From positions 2,263 through 66,262 of the forward strand of contig DMEZ01000037.1 in NCBI GenBank assembly GCA_003450735.1: 64,000 nucleotides of DNA, given 5' to 3'. Below, in pieces: positions 18,602 to 27,081 of this stretch. This DNA is from Elusimicrobiota bacterium (GTDB lineage: Bacteria > Elusimicrobiota > Elusimicrobia > UBA1565). Position 1 is the first letter of the stretch. Each line of letters starts with the position of its first letter. The translations under genes were made by a program, and so were the position numbers. The notes under the pieces were generated by a model, which was not told where the DNA came from, ran no database searches, and was given only the letters and a program-made list of their open reading frames with translations.

Positions 18602-19231
18602 ATGACGTTGATGCCCGACAACGACTTCTACTGGTTCGTCTCGGTCCGCCGCCAGGAGTACGCCGGCGAGGCCCGGGCCAACCTCCTGCGCGTCCTGGCC
18701 ATCGCGGCCTTCTACTGCGTCCAGCTGGTCAACTACCGCGGCCTCGACCTGCCCTTCCTCCACCTGGCCCAGGTCGAGGGGGTGGACCGCCGCTTCCACC
18801 TGGCCATGACCGTCATCGCCGCCGCCTGGGCCTTGAGCGGCTGGGCCGTGCTCCTGTTCCTGCGCCGCGGCCTCTTCCCCGCCGGGCTCAAGTTCCTCTC
18901 GACGGGCCTGGACTTCCTCTACCTCACCGCCGCCCTCCTCATCGCCGACGGCCCCAAGAGCCCGCTCGTCGCCGCCTATTTCCCCGTGCTCGCCTTGAGC
19001 GCCCTGCGCTTCGACCTCCTCCTCATGCGCTTCGCGACGGCTTCCGCGATGGGGGGCTACCTGCTCCTCACGCTCCACAGCGCCTCCCTGCGGCCCCTGA
19101 CCAGCGTACCGCCCTACGCCGCGGCGAACTTCCTGCTGGCTCTGCTCTTCAGCGGGATCCTGCTGGGCCAGGTTCTGCGCCGCACCCGCACCCTCGCTGA
19201 CGACTACGCCGCCCGGGAGGGGAAGGCCTGA
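18602..19231 (+). CDS. Hypothetical polytopic membrane protein
   Basis: 209-aa ORF with about five hydrophobic segments. Confidence 0.5.
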   Translation: MTLMPDNDFYWFVSVRRQEYAGEARANLLRVLAIAAFYCVQLVNYRGLDLPFLHLAQVEGVDRRFHLAMTVIAAAWALSGWAVLLFLRRGLFPAGLKFLSTGLDFLYLTAALLIADGPKSPLVAAYFPVLALSALRFDLLLMRFATASAMGGYLLLTLHSASLRPLTSVPPYAAANFLLALLFSGILLGQVLRRTRTLADDYAAREGKA

Positions 19232-19677
19232 TGGAGCGCTCGCTCTGCCCCCACTGCAGTGCCGACATCCTCCGCGTGACCCCCGACTGCTGGCTCTGCC
19301 ACCGGCCCCTGCCCGCCGAGCTCGTGGAGAAGGCGCGGGTCGAGGCGGTCTTGAGCGCGCCGATGACCGTGGGGGGGAAGGACGACCTCGACTCCTCGAG
19401 CTTCGGCCTGCTCTTCCTCATCGCCTGCCTGATCGCGGGAGGCTTCACCCTCTCGCCCAAGCTCGGCGCGATGTTCGCCGCCCTCCTGCTGCCGGCGGTC
19501 CTCTGGCTGCTCATGGACCACGCGCCCGCGAGAAAAGCCGCCCCCCGGGACGACTCGGCCGCCGCGGCCTGGACGGTCGCGGCCCTCATCCTCCTGCCCA
19601 TCAGCCTGGCCCTCGCGCTCGTCTCGACCGGCGTCGTGGTCTTCGGCGGCTCGTCCGTGCTTTCCGCCGTACACTAG
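19231..19677 (+). CDS. Membrane protein with N-terminal zinc ribbon (CPHC...CWLC)
   Basis: ATGA overlap with the previous gene. CxxC...CxxC N-terminus followed by transmembrane helices. Confidence 0.5.
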   Translation: MERSLCPHCSADILRVTPDCWLCHRPLPAELVEKARVEAVLSAPMTVGGKDDLDSSSFGLLFLIACLIAGGFTLSPKLGAMFAALLLPAVLWLLMDHAPARKAAPRDDSAAAAWTVAALILLPISLALALVSTGVVVFGGSSVLSAVH

Positions 19678-19806
19678 AATCCCGTCTGATACCTGTCTTT
19701 CGGGTACGCGGTCGGCCTCTGCGTTCGGCCGCCGCTCGGCACTCGCGCCGCCAGGGGGCTGGCGGCGCTCCGTGACGCCCCTCAAGACAGGTATCAGACG
19801 GGATTC
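19677..19806. repeat. Perfect 22-bp inverted repeat (gaatcccgtctgatacctgtct / agacaggtatcagacgggattc) flanking an 86-nt GC-rich spacer
   Basis: Read directly from the sequence. Lies between convergent genes. Arm 2 overlaps the stop of the 19807-20040 ORF. Confidence 0.7.
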
Positions 19807-20040
19807 TTAGTCTTGCTTGCCGAGGCGCTTGGCCTCTTCGTAGGACTTCTGCCGGCGGCGGGCGGCTGAACCTTCCTGGAGCCCCTCGATCCTGCGCAGC
19901 AGCCAGGCGGCGCCGTAGAGCAGGAGGGCCCCGCCCAGCAGGATGAGGAAGGCCCACAGCAGCCACGAGGGCGCACCGCCCCCGCTTCCGCCGGCCTGGC
20001 CGCCGACGGCGGCCGCACCGGCCAGGTTCTTCCAGCCCAT
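19807..20040 (-). CDS. Small Gly-rich membrane protein
   Basis: 77-aa ORF, divergent from the response-regulator promoter. One transmembrane helix. Confidence 0.35.
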   Translation of the reverse strand: MGWKNLAGAAAVGGQAGGSGGGAPSWLLWAFLILLGGALLLYGAAWLLRRIEGLQEGSAARRRQKSYEEAKRLGKQD

Positions 20041-20065
20041 GGGTCCTATTCTACCTCATAGTCCC

Positions 20066-20094
20066 TTGACAGTGCTCTTGGGCGAATCTACTAT
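20066..20094 (+). promoter_or_regulatory. Sigma-70-type promoter: TTGACA, 17-nt spacer, TACTAT
   Basis: TTGACA at 20066-20071, 17-nt spacer, TACTAT at 20089-20094. ATG at 20106 follows about 11 nt after the -10 element, implying a leaderless or near-leaderless mRNA. Confidence 0.5.
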
Positions 20095-20105
20095 CTGCCT
20101 GAGAC

Positions 20106-20477
20106 ATGGCTAAGCACAAGATCCTCGTCATCGAGGACGAGCCCGGCTACCAGGACCTCATGAAGTACGTGTTCCTGGACTACGACCTCACCGTCTGCGG
20201 GAGCGTGGAGGAGGTCGAGAAGGACCACCTCGACGAGAAGTTCGACCTCATCATCTGCGACATCAACCTCTCCGGCGCCACGGGCTTCTACCTGCTGGAG
20301 AAGTTCAGCATCGAGGGCCGGACGGAGAAGGTGCCCTTCATCCTCTGGTCGAGCAGCGACACCCCGGAGATCCGCCAGCGGGCCTCGGAGCTCGGCGCGG
20401 CCGGGTTCATCACCAAGCCCTTCAAGACCGAGGCCGTCCAGCAGATGGTCCAGATCATCCTCAAGAGCGCCGAGTGA
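20106..20477 (+). CDS. Single-domain CheY-like response regulator (receiver only)
   Basis: KILVIEDEPGY...DLIICDINLSGATG...GFITKPF receiver motifs. Confidence 0.85.
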   Translation: MAKHKILVIEDEPGYQDLMKYVFLDYDLTVCGSVEEVEKDHLDEKFDLIICDINLSGATGFYLLEKFSIEGRTEKVPFILWSSSDTPEIRQRASELGAAGFITKPFKTEAVQQMVQIILKSAE

Positions 20478-20908
20478 GGCGCCGCCGGACCCCCGCCGCC
20501 TTCACCTGCCGCATCTACGGCGTGCTCCTGCGCGGGAAGAAGGTGCTGCTCACCCGCAGCCGCTTCCAGGACATCGAGTTCGTCAACTTCCCCGGAGGGG
20601 GGGTGGAGCTCGGCGAGGCCCCCCGGGCCGCGCTCTTGCGCGAGTTCAAGGACGAGACCGGGCTGAAGGTGCGCCCAGTGCGCCTGCTCCACGCGAGCGA
20701 GGCCCTGCACCTCTCCACGCGGAGGCCCCTGCAGATCGTCAGCATCTACTGGCTGGTGAAGGAAGTCTCGGGGCGGCTGAACCGGGGAGGCAACGGCGAG
20801 GACGTCGTGCGCCTGCTCTGGGCGGACCAGGACGCCATCCCCACCCAGGAGATGTTCCCCTCGGACCTCGAGTTCGTCTCGAAGCTGCCGTCCTTACTTC
20901 CGCTTTAG
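20474..20908 (+). CDS. NUDIX hydrolase
   Basis: Nudix box GGGVELGEAPRAALLREFKDETGL. ATGA overlap with the upstream gene. Confidence 0.8.
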   Translation: MRRRRTPAAFTCRIYGVLLRGKKVLLTRSRFQDIEFVNFPGGGVELGEAPRAALLREFKDETGLKVRPVRLLHASEALHLSTRRPLQIVSIYWLVKEVSGRLNRGGNGEDVVRLLWADQDAIPTQEMFPSDLEFVSKLPSLLPL

Positions 20909-22282
20909 CTTCGAGAGCTCCTCGTACATGTGGATCGAGGAGCGGATGGCTTTCTGCAGGTCGCCCAGGTCGAGGCTCTCGTTCTCCGAGTGGGCGTTGC
21001 TGAAGGGGTCTTCGACGCCGACGAGCAGGGCCGGGGCGCCGCCCAGGGCCTTCGAGAAGGGCCCCACGAAAGGGATGGAGCCGCCCGTCCCGATGTAGGC
21101 CGCCTTCTTCCCGTAGCCCTTCGTCAGAGCGCGGCCGGCCGCCTGGAACACCTCGTCGGAGGGATCGGTGCCCCACCAGGGGCCGGCGGTGACCTTCCGG
21201 ACCTCCACCTTCACGCCCCAGGGGGCGTGCTTCTTGAGGTGGGCGGCCAGCATCTTGAAGACCTTCTCCTCGCTCATGTTCGGCACGGTCCGCACGCCCA
21301 CGCGGCACCAGGCGCTGTCGTTGATGATGTTGGCGCAGTCCTTTTTCGAGGAGGCGACGATGGCGTTGACCGAGACGGAGGGCAGGCGCCACATCTTATG
21401 GCACGGGGAGGCCTTGCCGCCGATGATGGAGACGCCCGGCAGCATCCCGGCCTGCTTGCGGTAGACCGCGTCCGTGTAGCCCAGGGACGCGTAGCTCTCC
21501 TTCTCGACCTTGTTGAGGGGCTTCACGTCGCGGTAGATGCCCGGGATGGCGATGAAGCCCTTCTCGTCGCTCAGGGAGGCGAGCATCTTGGAGAGGGCCA
21601 GCACGGGATCCGGGACGGGGCCGCCCCACATGCCGGAGTGCAAAGACTGCCGGCAGGAGCTCACGGTCACGTCGGCGTTGACGAGGCCGCGCAGGGAGGT
21701 CGTCATGCTCGGCACGCCGGTCTTGTGGTTGCCCGAGTCGGCGATGACCAGCACGTCGGCCTTGAGGAGCTTGGCGTACTTCTTGAGGAATTCCGGCTGG
21801 GTCTCGGAGCCGACCTCCTCCTCGCCCTCGATGATGAGCTTCACGTTGAGCGGGAGCTTGCCCGCGGTCTTCAGGTAGGCCGCGATGGAGGCCGCGTGCA
21901 CCACGATGCCGGCCTTGTCGTCGGCCGACCCGCGCCCGTAGAGGCGGCCCTGGCGCGCGGTGGCCTTGAAGGGGGGGGACTTCCACTTCTTGAGGTCGCC
22001 CACGGGCTGGACGTCGTGGTGGGCGTAGAGCAGGACCGTCGGCTTGCCCGGGGCGTGCAGCCAGTCCGCGTACACGTAGGGGAAGGACTTGCCCACGCTC
22101 AGCAGCTGGACGTGCTCGAGTGCGACCTTCCTGAAGAGCTCCGCCACCGCCTTGGCGGAGCGCGTCAACTCGGCCGGGGGGAAGCCCGGGAAGGCGCAGC
22201 TCGGCACCGCGACGAGCTTGGAGAGCTCATCGACGAAATGCCGGCGGTTCTTGTCGGTGAAGCGGAGCGCGGCGTCGAGCAT
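20894..22282 (-). CDS. M20-family dipeptidase/peptidase
   Basis: HHDVQP...GRGSADDKAG...IIEGEEEVGS metal-binding motifs. 462 aa. Confidence 0.85.
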   Translation of the reverse strand: MLDAALRFTDKNRRHFVDELSKLVAVPSCAFPGFPPAELTRSAKAVAELFRKVALEHVQLLSVGKSFPYVYADWLHAPGKPTVLLYAHHDVQPVGDLKKWKSPPFKATARQGRLYGRGSADDKAGIVVHAASIAAYLKTAGKLPLNVKLIIEGEEEVGSETQPEFLKKYAKLLKADVLVIADSGNHKTGVPSMTTSLRGLVNADVTVSSCRQSLHSGMWGGPVPDPVLALSKMLASLSDEKGFIAIPGIYRDVKPLNKVEKESYASLGYTDAVYRKQAGMLPGVSIIGGKASPCHKMWRLPSVSVNAIVASSKKDCANIINDSAWCRVGVRTVPNMSEEKVFKMLAAHLKKHAPWGVKVEVRKVTAGPWWGTDPSDEVFQAAGRALTKGYGKKAAYIGTGGSIPFVGPFSKALGGAPALLVGVEDPFSNAHSENESLDLGDLQKAIRSSIHMYEELSKLKRK

Positions 22283-22302
22283 GGAAGCCTCCGTGCGGCG
22301 GT

Positions 22303-23511
22303 CTAGACTTCGAGGGACAGCCCGTCCCGCACGACGGAGCAGGGGATCTGGGCGCCCTTGCCCTCCATGACCTTCTTCGCGTCGGCCTCCATGGTCGGCA
22401 GGAAGCTGTCGGGGTAGGAGGGGTCGGCATGGATGAGGAGCAGGTTCCGGACCTCGTTGTCGGCGGCGAACTGGGCCGCGCTGGTGACGCTGGAGTGCCC
22501 CTCGTCCTTGTGCTGGGCGTAGTCGGCGTCCGTATAGCGCGCGTCATGGATGAGCAGGTCGGCCGAGCGGACGAGGCGCCCGATCTTCTCGTCGTAGTCC
22601 TGCAGGGCGGTGGCCGCCTCGCCGTAGAGCTCCGTGTCGGGGCAGTAGACGATGCGCCGCCCGCCGAGCTCGAGCACGTAGCCGAGCGTCGTGGTCGGGT
22701 GGTTCGCGTAGAAGGGAGCGACCCGGACGCCGGAGACCAGCTCGTAGCTCTCCTCGCGGACCTCGTGCACCTGGATCTTGGCCTTGATGGGCCGGGGGTC
22801 TGAGCCCATGGACTTCTGCATGGCCTCGCGCAAAAGCAGGGTGATCTTCTTGTCGGGCTCGCTGGGGCCGATGACGTGGAGGTGGAAGCTCTCCTCGCGC
22901 AGGAAGGGCAGCGCCCCCAGGCCGCTGACGTGGTCCTCGTGGAAGTGGCTGATGAGCAGCCAGGCTTCCTTGTAGGTCCCCTGCTTGAGGAACTCCGCCC
23001 CCAGGGCCTGGACGCCCTTGCCGGCGTCGAGGATGAACAGGCGGCCGAGGGCTTCAATGGACAGGCACGGGGTGGAGGTCTTCTCCCGTCCGCCCCAGGC
23101 GCGGACCTTCAGGACGTTCTTCTTGGCCTTGCCCTCGCCCGCGGGGGGGCCGCAGAGCACCCGGACCTGCTTGGGGAACTCCTTGAGGTCGTAGGGCTTC
23201 TTGATGAACATGTCCGCCCCGAAGCTCTTGGCCCTCTCCATCTCGGACTTGAAGCTCTTGGCGGAGACCACGGCGACCTTGGTGCGGGAGGTCACGGGGT
23301 CGGTCTTGATCATGTGGCAGAGCGTCAGGCCGTCCAAGCCGGGCATGAGGATATCGAGCAGGACGAGCCTCGGCTTGCGCTCCTTGATGACCGACATGGC
23401 CATCCGGCTGTCGGTGACCAGCTCGGCGGAGTAGCCCGCGTCGCTGAGCACCTCCATCGAAAGGGTGCCCACCATCGGGTCGTCGTCCACTATGATGATC
23501 TCGGTAGCCAC
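22303..23511 (-). CDS. Response-regulator receiver domain fused to an MBL-fold metallo-hydrolase
   Basis: N-terminal IIVDDDPMV...LLDILMPGLDG receiver. C-terminal LISHFHEDHVSG metallo-beta-lactamase motif. Confidence 0.8.
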   Translation of the reverse strand: MATEIIIVDDDPMVGTLSMEVLSDAGYSAELVTDSRMAMSVIKERKPRLVLLDILMPGLDGLTLCHMIKTDPVTSRTKVAVVSAKSFKSEMERAKSFGADMFIKKPYDLKEFPKQVRVLCGPPAGEGKAKKNVLKVRAWGGREKTSTPCLSIEALGRLFILDAGKGVQALGAEFLKQGTYKEAWLLISHFHEDHVSGLGALPFLREESFHLHVIGPSEPDKKITLLLREAMQKSMGSDPRPIKAKIQVHEVREESYELVSGVRVAPFYANHPTTTLGYVLELGGRRIVYCPDTELYGEAATALQDYDEKIGRLVRSADLLIHDARYTDADYAQHKDEGHSSVTSAAQFAADNEVRNLLLIHADPSYPDSFLPTMEADAKKVMEGKGAQIPCSVVRDGLSLEV

Positions 23512-23536
23512 GGTCGGTATATCTTATAATATCCCC

Positions 23537-24115
23537 GTGCTCAGAATCATAGCGGGAACGGCCCGGGGCCGCAAACTCCTCTCCCTGCCCAAGGACTCGG
23601 GGGTCAAGCCCATCTCCGGCCGCATCAAGCAGTCCCTCTTCGACATCCTCCGCCCCAAGGTCCCCTCCTCGCGCTTCCTCGACCTCTACGCCGGGACGGG
23701 CGCGGTGGGGATGGAGGCCCTCTCCCGCGGCGCGGAGAAGGTCGTCTTCGTCGAGCTCGACAAGCGCTGCGTGGAAGTCATCGAGAAGAACCTCGAGCGC
23801 TCCGGCTGGGCGGTCCGCGGCAAAGTGTTCCGCGCCAACGCCCTCTCGGCGCTCACCTGGGTGCCCTTCCGCTCCGGCGTCCAGAAGTTCGACCTGGTCT
23901 TCATGGGCCCGCCCTACCGCGACCGCGAGGAGCGCCCGCTCTTCTACTGCAAGCAGACCCTGCAGAACGTGGCCTCGGCGGGGATCCTCGAGGAGAGCGG
24001 CTGGATCGTGGCCCAGCACCACTTCCGGGAGGAAGCCCCGGCCCCCGAGGGCTTCGTCAAGTTCCGCGAGACGCGCTACGGCGACTCCTGGCTGAACTTC
24101 TTCAAGCGGGCATGA
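23537..24115 (+). CDS. rsmD: 16S rRNA (guanine966-N2)-methyltransferase RsmD
   Basis: RIIAGTARGRKL...ISGRIKQSLFDIL...LDLYAGTGAVGMEALSRGA...FMGPPY. GTG start chosen at 23537; the ORF track begins further upstream. Confidence 0.85.
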   Translation: MLRIIAGTARGRKLLSLPKDSGVKPISGRIKQSLFDILRPKVPSSRFLDLYAGTGAVGMEALSRGAEKVVFVELDKRCVEVIEKNLERSGWAVRGKVFRANALSALTWVPFRSGVQKFDLVFMGPPYRDREERPLFYCKQTLQNVASAGILEESGWIVAQHHFREEAPAPEGFVKFRETRYGDSWLNFFKRA

Positions 24116-24903
24116 CCTCCCCGCGGGAGTGGCTGGCCTCCCACCCGGCCCCCCAGCGCCAGGCGCGCCCGAAGAGCATGGAGATCAGCTACTCCCAGAT
24201 CAACTCCTTCATGCGCTGCCCGTGGCTCTACAAGACCGTCTACGTCGACCGCAAGCGCCCGCCCCTCCACCCGGCGTCCTCGCTGGGCATCTCGATCCAC
24301 CGGGCGCTCGAGGCCTACCACCGCGGCGGCGGGGGAGAGCTGGGCAAACTGCTCGACTGCTACGACGCGAACTGGTCGCACGCCGGCTTCGCCACCGCGC
24401 AGGAGCAGATGGCGTGGCACCAGAAGGGCCAGCGCATCCTCGAGCGCTATTTCGGGCAGGAGATCGAGCGCCGCTCCGAGATCGTCGCCGTCGAGAAGGA
24501 CTTCCTCTTCCCGCTCGACTGCCACGTCGTCCGGGGGACGATCGACCGCATCGACCGCCTGCCGGAGGGGGAGATCGAGGTCATCGACTACAAATCCCAC
24601 CTGGACATGGTGGGCGAGGAGGAGGCGGCGCAGAACCTCCAGCTCGGCATGTACGGCATGGGCGTCCGGGAGAGTCTGGGTTACGAAGCCGCCTTCCTGA
24701 CCCTGTATTACGTGGCCGCCGGCAAGAAGGTCACCGTGAAGTACGACCCCGCGCGGGACGAGGAGATCGGCGAGCTCATCGTGCGCGTGGCCGACCATAT
24801 CGTCTACGCGAAGGGCTTCAAGCCGGAGACGGGCTGCTGCCCGCAGTGCGACTTCCGGAAGACCTGCGCGCATTCGGCGGCGAAGGATGATGCGCTGAAA
24901 TAG
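24112..24903 (+). CDS. PD-(D/E)xK nuclease-family protein (Cas4/RecB-like) with C-terminal 4-Cys cluster
   Basis: VIDYK motif plus C-terminal CCPQCDFRKTC and an upstream Cys (CPWLYK). ATGA overlap with rsmD. Confidence 0.75.
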   Translation: MTSPREWLASHPAPQRQARPKSMEISYSQINSFMRCPWLYKTVYVDRKRPPLHPASSLGISIHRALEAYHRGGGGELGKLLDCYDANWSHAGFATAQEQMAWHQKGQRILERYFGQEIERRSEIVAVEKDFLFPLDCHVVRGTIDRIDRLPEGEIEVIDYKSHLDMVGEEEAAQNLQLGMYGMGVRESLGYEAAFLTLYYVAAGKKVTVKYDPARDEEIGELIVRVADHIVYAKGFKPETGCCPQCDFRKTCAHSAAKDDALK

Positions 24904-24906
24904 CAC

Positions 24907-24936
24907 TTGTGATTAATAATCACATAGATATATAAT
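24907..24936 (+). promoter_or_regulatory. Promoter-like TTGTGA, 18-nt spacer, TATAAT, with an overlapping 15-bp palindrome GTGATTAATAATCAC (24909-24923)
   Basis: AT-rich island inside about 70% GC DNA. The GTG start at 24943 lies 7 nt after the -10 element. Confidence 0.45.
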
Positions 24937-24942
24937 ATCTTT

Positions 24943-26226
24943 GTGAATAAGAATCTGCTCAAACAGGTCATCCTCGAGCAGAAGGAAGAGATCGATTCGA
25001 TCTTCAGCAGAGAACGGATCATCGCGAGGGAGATCGACCTCCTTCCCGCCCTGTCCCACCCCAACGTCGTCGTGGTCACCGGAGCGCGTCGGACCGGGAA
25101 ATCCCTCCTCGCACTGCTCTCGGCCTCAAAGACCTCCTATGCCCACCTGAACTTCGACGATGAGCGCCTAGCTCTAGGCCGAGAGGACCTCGGCGCGGTC
25201 TTAGACTGCTTCTACGAACTTCACCCAGGCTTCGAGGTCATCATCCTCGATGAGATCCAGAACGTCCCGGGCTGGGAACTCTTCGTCAACCGCCTGAGGA
25301 GGACGATGAAGGTCCTCGTCACGGGTTCCAACGCCAAGCTCCTCTCCCAGGACCTATCGACCCACCTGGCCGGACGACACATCGATTTCACGCTGCTGCC
25401 GTTCTCCTTCAGGGAACACCTCCTGATGCGCGGAGCGGCTCTGCCCTCCTGCGATGTCCTTACCGCCGCAGGGATGGCTGGATTGCGCCGCGAATTCGCC
25501 CAGTACCTACAGGACGGCGGCTTCCCCGAGGTCTACAAGTTCGGGCGTCCCATCCTCCAGAGCATCTACGAGGACGTGCTCTACAAAGACATCCTCCATA
25601 GGCAGAAGATCCGGAAAGCCGGCCTGTTCAGGGATATGGCAAGGCTGCTGTCCTCCCAGTACGCCCGCGAATTCACCTATACGCGGCTGAAGGACTCTGT
25701 CCGCCTCAAGGACGTCCATACCGCCCGGAAATTCGTCGATCACCTCACGTCGTCCCACCTCTTCTTCGTCATCGAGCGGTTCTCGTACAAGCTCCGTCAG
25801 CAGGCCATCGCTCCGAAGAAGATCTACAGCATCGACACAGGCCTGATCCACGCTACAGCGTTCAGATCCTCCGAGGACCGGGGCTGGATCCTCGAGAACT
25901 GCGTGGCCGTGGAGCTGCTCAGGAGGAAGCACTACCGCAAGGGGCCGGAAGTGTTCTACTGGAAAGGCGCGGCCGGCGAGGAGGTCGACTTCTGCCTCAA
26001 GGAAGGGACCCGCGTCCGCGAACTGATCCAGGTCTGCGCCGACCTCGGACGCGCAGAGACGAAGGAGCGGGAGCTGCGCTCGCTGGTCAAGGCGGGGGAA
26101 GACCTCCGATGCCGGTCGCTGTCCATCCTAACAGATGACGAAGAGGGCCTGGAGCACTACAAGGGGATGCGGATCCCGGTCAAGCCCGTCTGGAAGTGGC
26201 TGCTGGATCTTGTTTCGCCGTCCTGA
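24943..26226 (+). CDS. AAA-superfamily ATPase (DUF4143-type ATP-binding protein)
   Basis: VVVTGARRTGKS Walker A. IILDEIQ Walker B. C-terminal DUF4143-like region. Noticeably lower GC than its neighbours. Confidence 0.8.
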   Translation: MNKNLLKQVILEQKEEIDSIFSRERIIAREIDLLPALSHPNVVVVTGARRTGKSLLALLSASKTSYAHLNFDDERLALGREDLGAVLDCFYELHPGFEVIILDEIQNVPGWELFVNRLRRTMKVLVTGSNAKLLSQDLSTHLAGRHIDFTLLPFSFREHLLMRGAALPSCDVLTAAGMAGLRREFAQYLQDGGFPEVYKFGRPILQSIYEDVLYKDILHRQKIRKAGLFRDMARLLSSQYAREFTYTRLKDSVRLKDVHTARKFVDHLTSSHLFFVIERFSYKLRQQAIAPKKIYSIDTGLIHATAFRSSEDRGWILENCVAVELLRRKHYRKGPEVFYWKGAAGEEVDFCLKEGTRVRELIQVCADLGRAETKERELRSLVKAGEDLRCRSLSILTDDEEGLEHYKGMRIPVKPVWKWLLDLVSPS

Positions 26227-26301
26227 TCTGCAGGAAGCCCGCTCGGCTGAAAGATGCGGACGTTGACGCCTCCGAAGGGATAAAGTAGATTGAGCTTGAC
26301 A

Positions 26302-27081
26302 ATGACCGACGAGCAGGAGCTCCGCCGCACCGCGACGCCCTGCATCAAGGCCGGCGCCTTGACCGCGCTGACGACCCCCGCCCTCTGGGCGCTCGGCTTC
26401 TTCTACGGGCTCTCGGCCATCTTCATGCGGGCCGCCCTGGGGGCCTTCAACGACGCGCTCGAGGGGCGGCAGGCCATCGAGATGCTCTCCTCGCTCATCC
26501 TCTTCCTGCCCACCTGCGCCTCGTTCCTCCTCTCGGCCGCCGGCATCCTCGCCTTCGCGCGCCGCTCCGTCTTCGCCCGCGAAGAGCGGCCCGAGCCCGA
26601 GGGCATGAGCTTCCTGGGGCTCCTGCTGAGGGTGGTCGGGCTCCTGCCCTTCTACGTCCTCCTCATCGCCGTCGTCCTCCTCCCGACCGCCTGGCTGCTG
26701 CCCCGCTCGCAGGCGCTGGCGACCCTCTGGGCGGCCCTCGCCTGGTTCGCGGTCGGCTGCCTGATGTTCCTGGTCCCGGCCATCCTGGCGGCGGAGGCCT
26801 GCGGCCTCTTCGCCGCGGGCGCGAAGGCCGCCGCGTTCCTCTCCCGCGGGCGCGGGGCCCTGCGCACCCTGACCATCCTCTTCGCCTTCATGTTCCCGGC
26901 CCGGCTGGTCAACCTGGGGCTCGACAGGCTGGCCGGGCAGGGGCGCCCCGCCGCGGTGAACTGGACCTTGATGGGCTTGAGTTCGCTCGTCTCCGGGCTG
27001 GCCGCCTCCTGCATCGTCGCGGCGCTGATGGCGCTCTACCTGAGGACGACGGCCGAAGAGCTCAGCCGGCCTGACGCTTGA
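26302..27081 (+). CDS. Hypothetical polytopic membrane protein
   Basis: ATG 26302 preferred within ORF 26290-27081. Six or more hydrophobic helices. Confidence 0.5.
   Translation: MTDEQELRRTATPCIKAGALTALTTPALWALGFFYGLSAIFMRAALGAFNDALEGRQAIEMLSSLILFLPTCASFLLSAAGILAFARRSVFAREERPEPEGMSFLGLLLRVVGLLPFYVLLIAVVLLPTAWLLPRSQALATLWAALAWFAVGCLMFLVPAILAAEACGLFAAGAKAAAFLSRGRGALRTLTILFAFMFPARLVNLGLDRLAGQGRPAAVNWTLMGLSSLVSGLAASCIVAALMALYLRTTAEELSRPDA

Noticed and set aside
20739-23057. Multiple long ORFs (20739-21392 -, 20930-22306 +, 21396-21986 -, 22227-23057 -) overlapping the M20 peptidase and response-regulator-MBL genes
   Set aside because: R/G/P/A-rich nonsense translations on the antisense strand or shifted frames of genes with clear homology. 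High-GC regions are depleted in stop codons.
24076-24906. 276-aa antisense ORF and 253-aa shifted-frame ORF covering the Cas4-like nuclease gene
   Set aside because: Low-complexity translations. The +1-frame ORF 24112-24903 has recognisable nuclease motifs.
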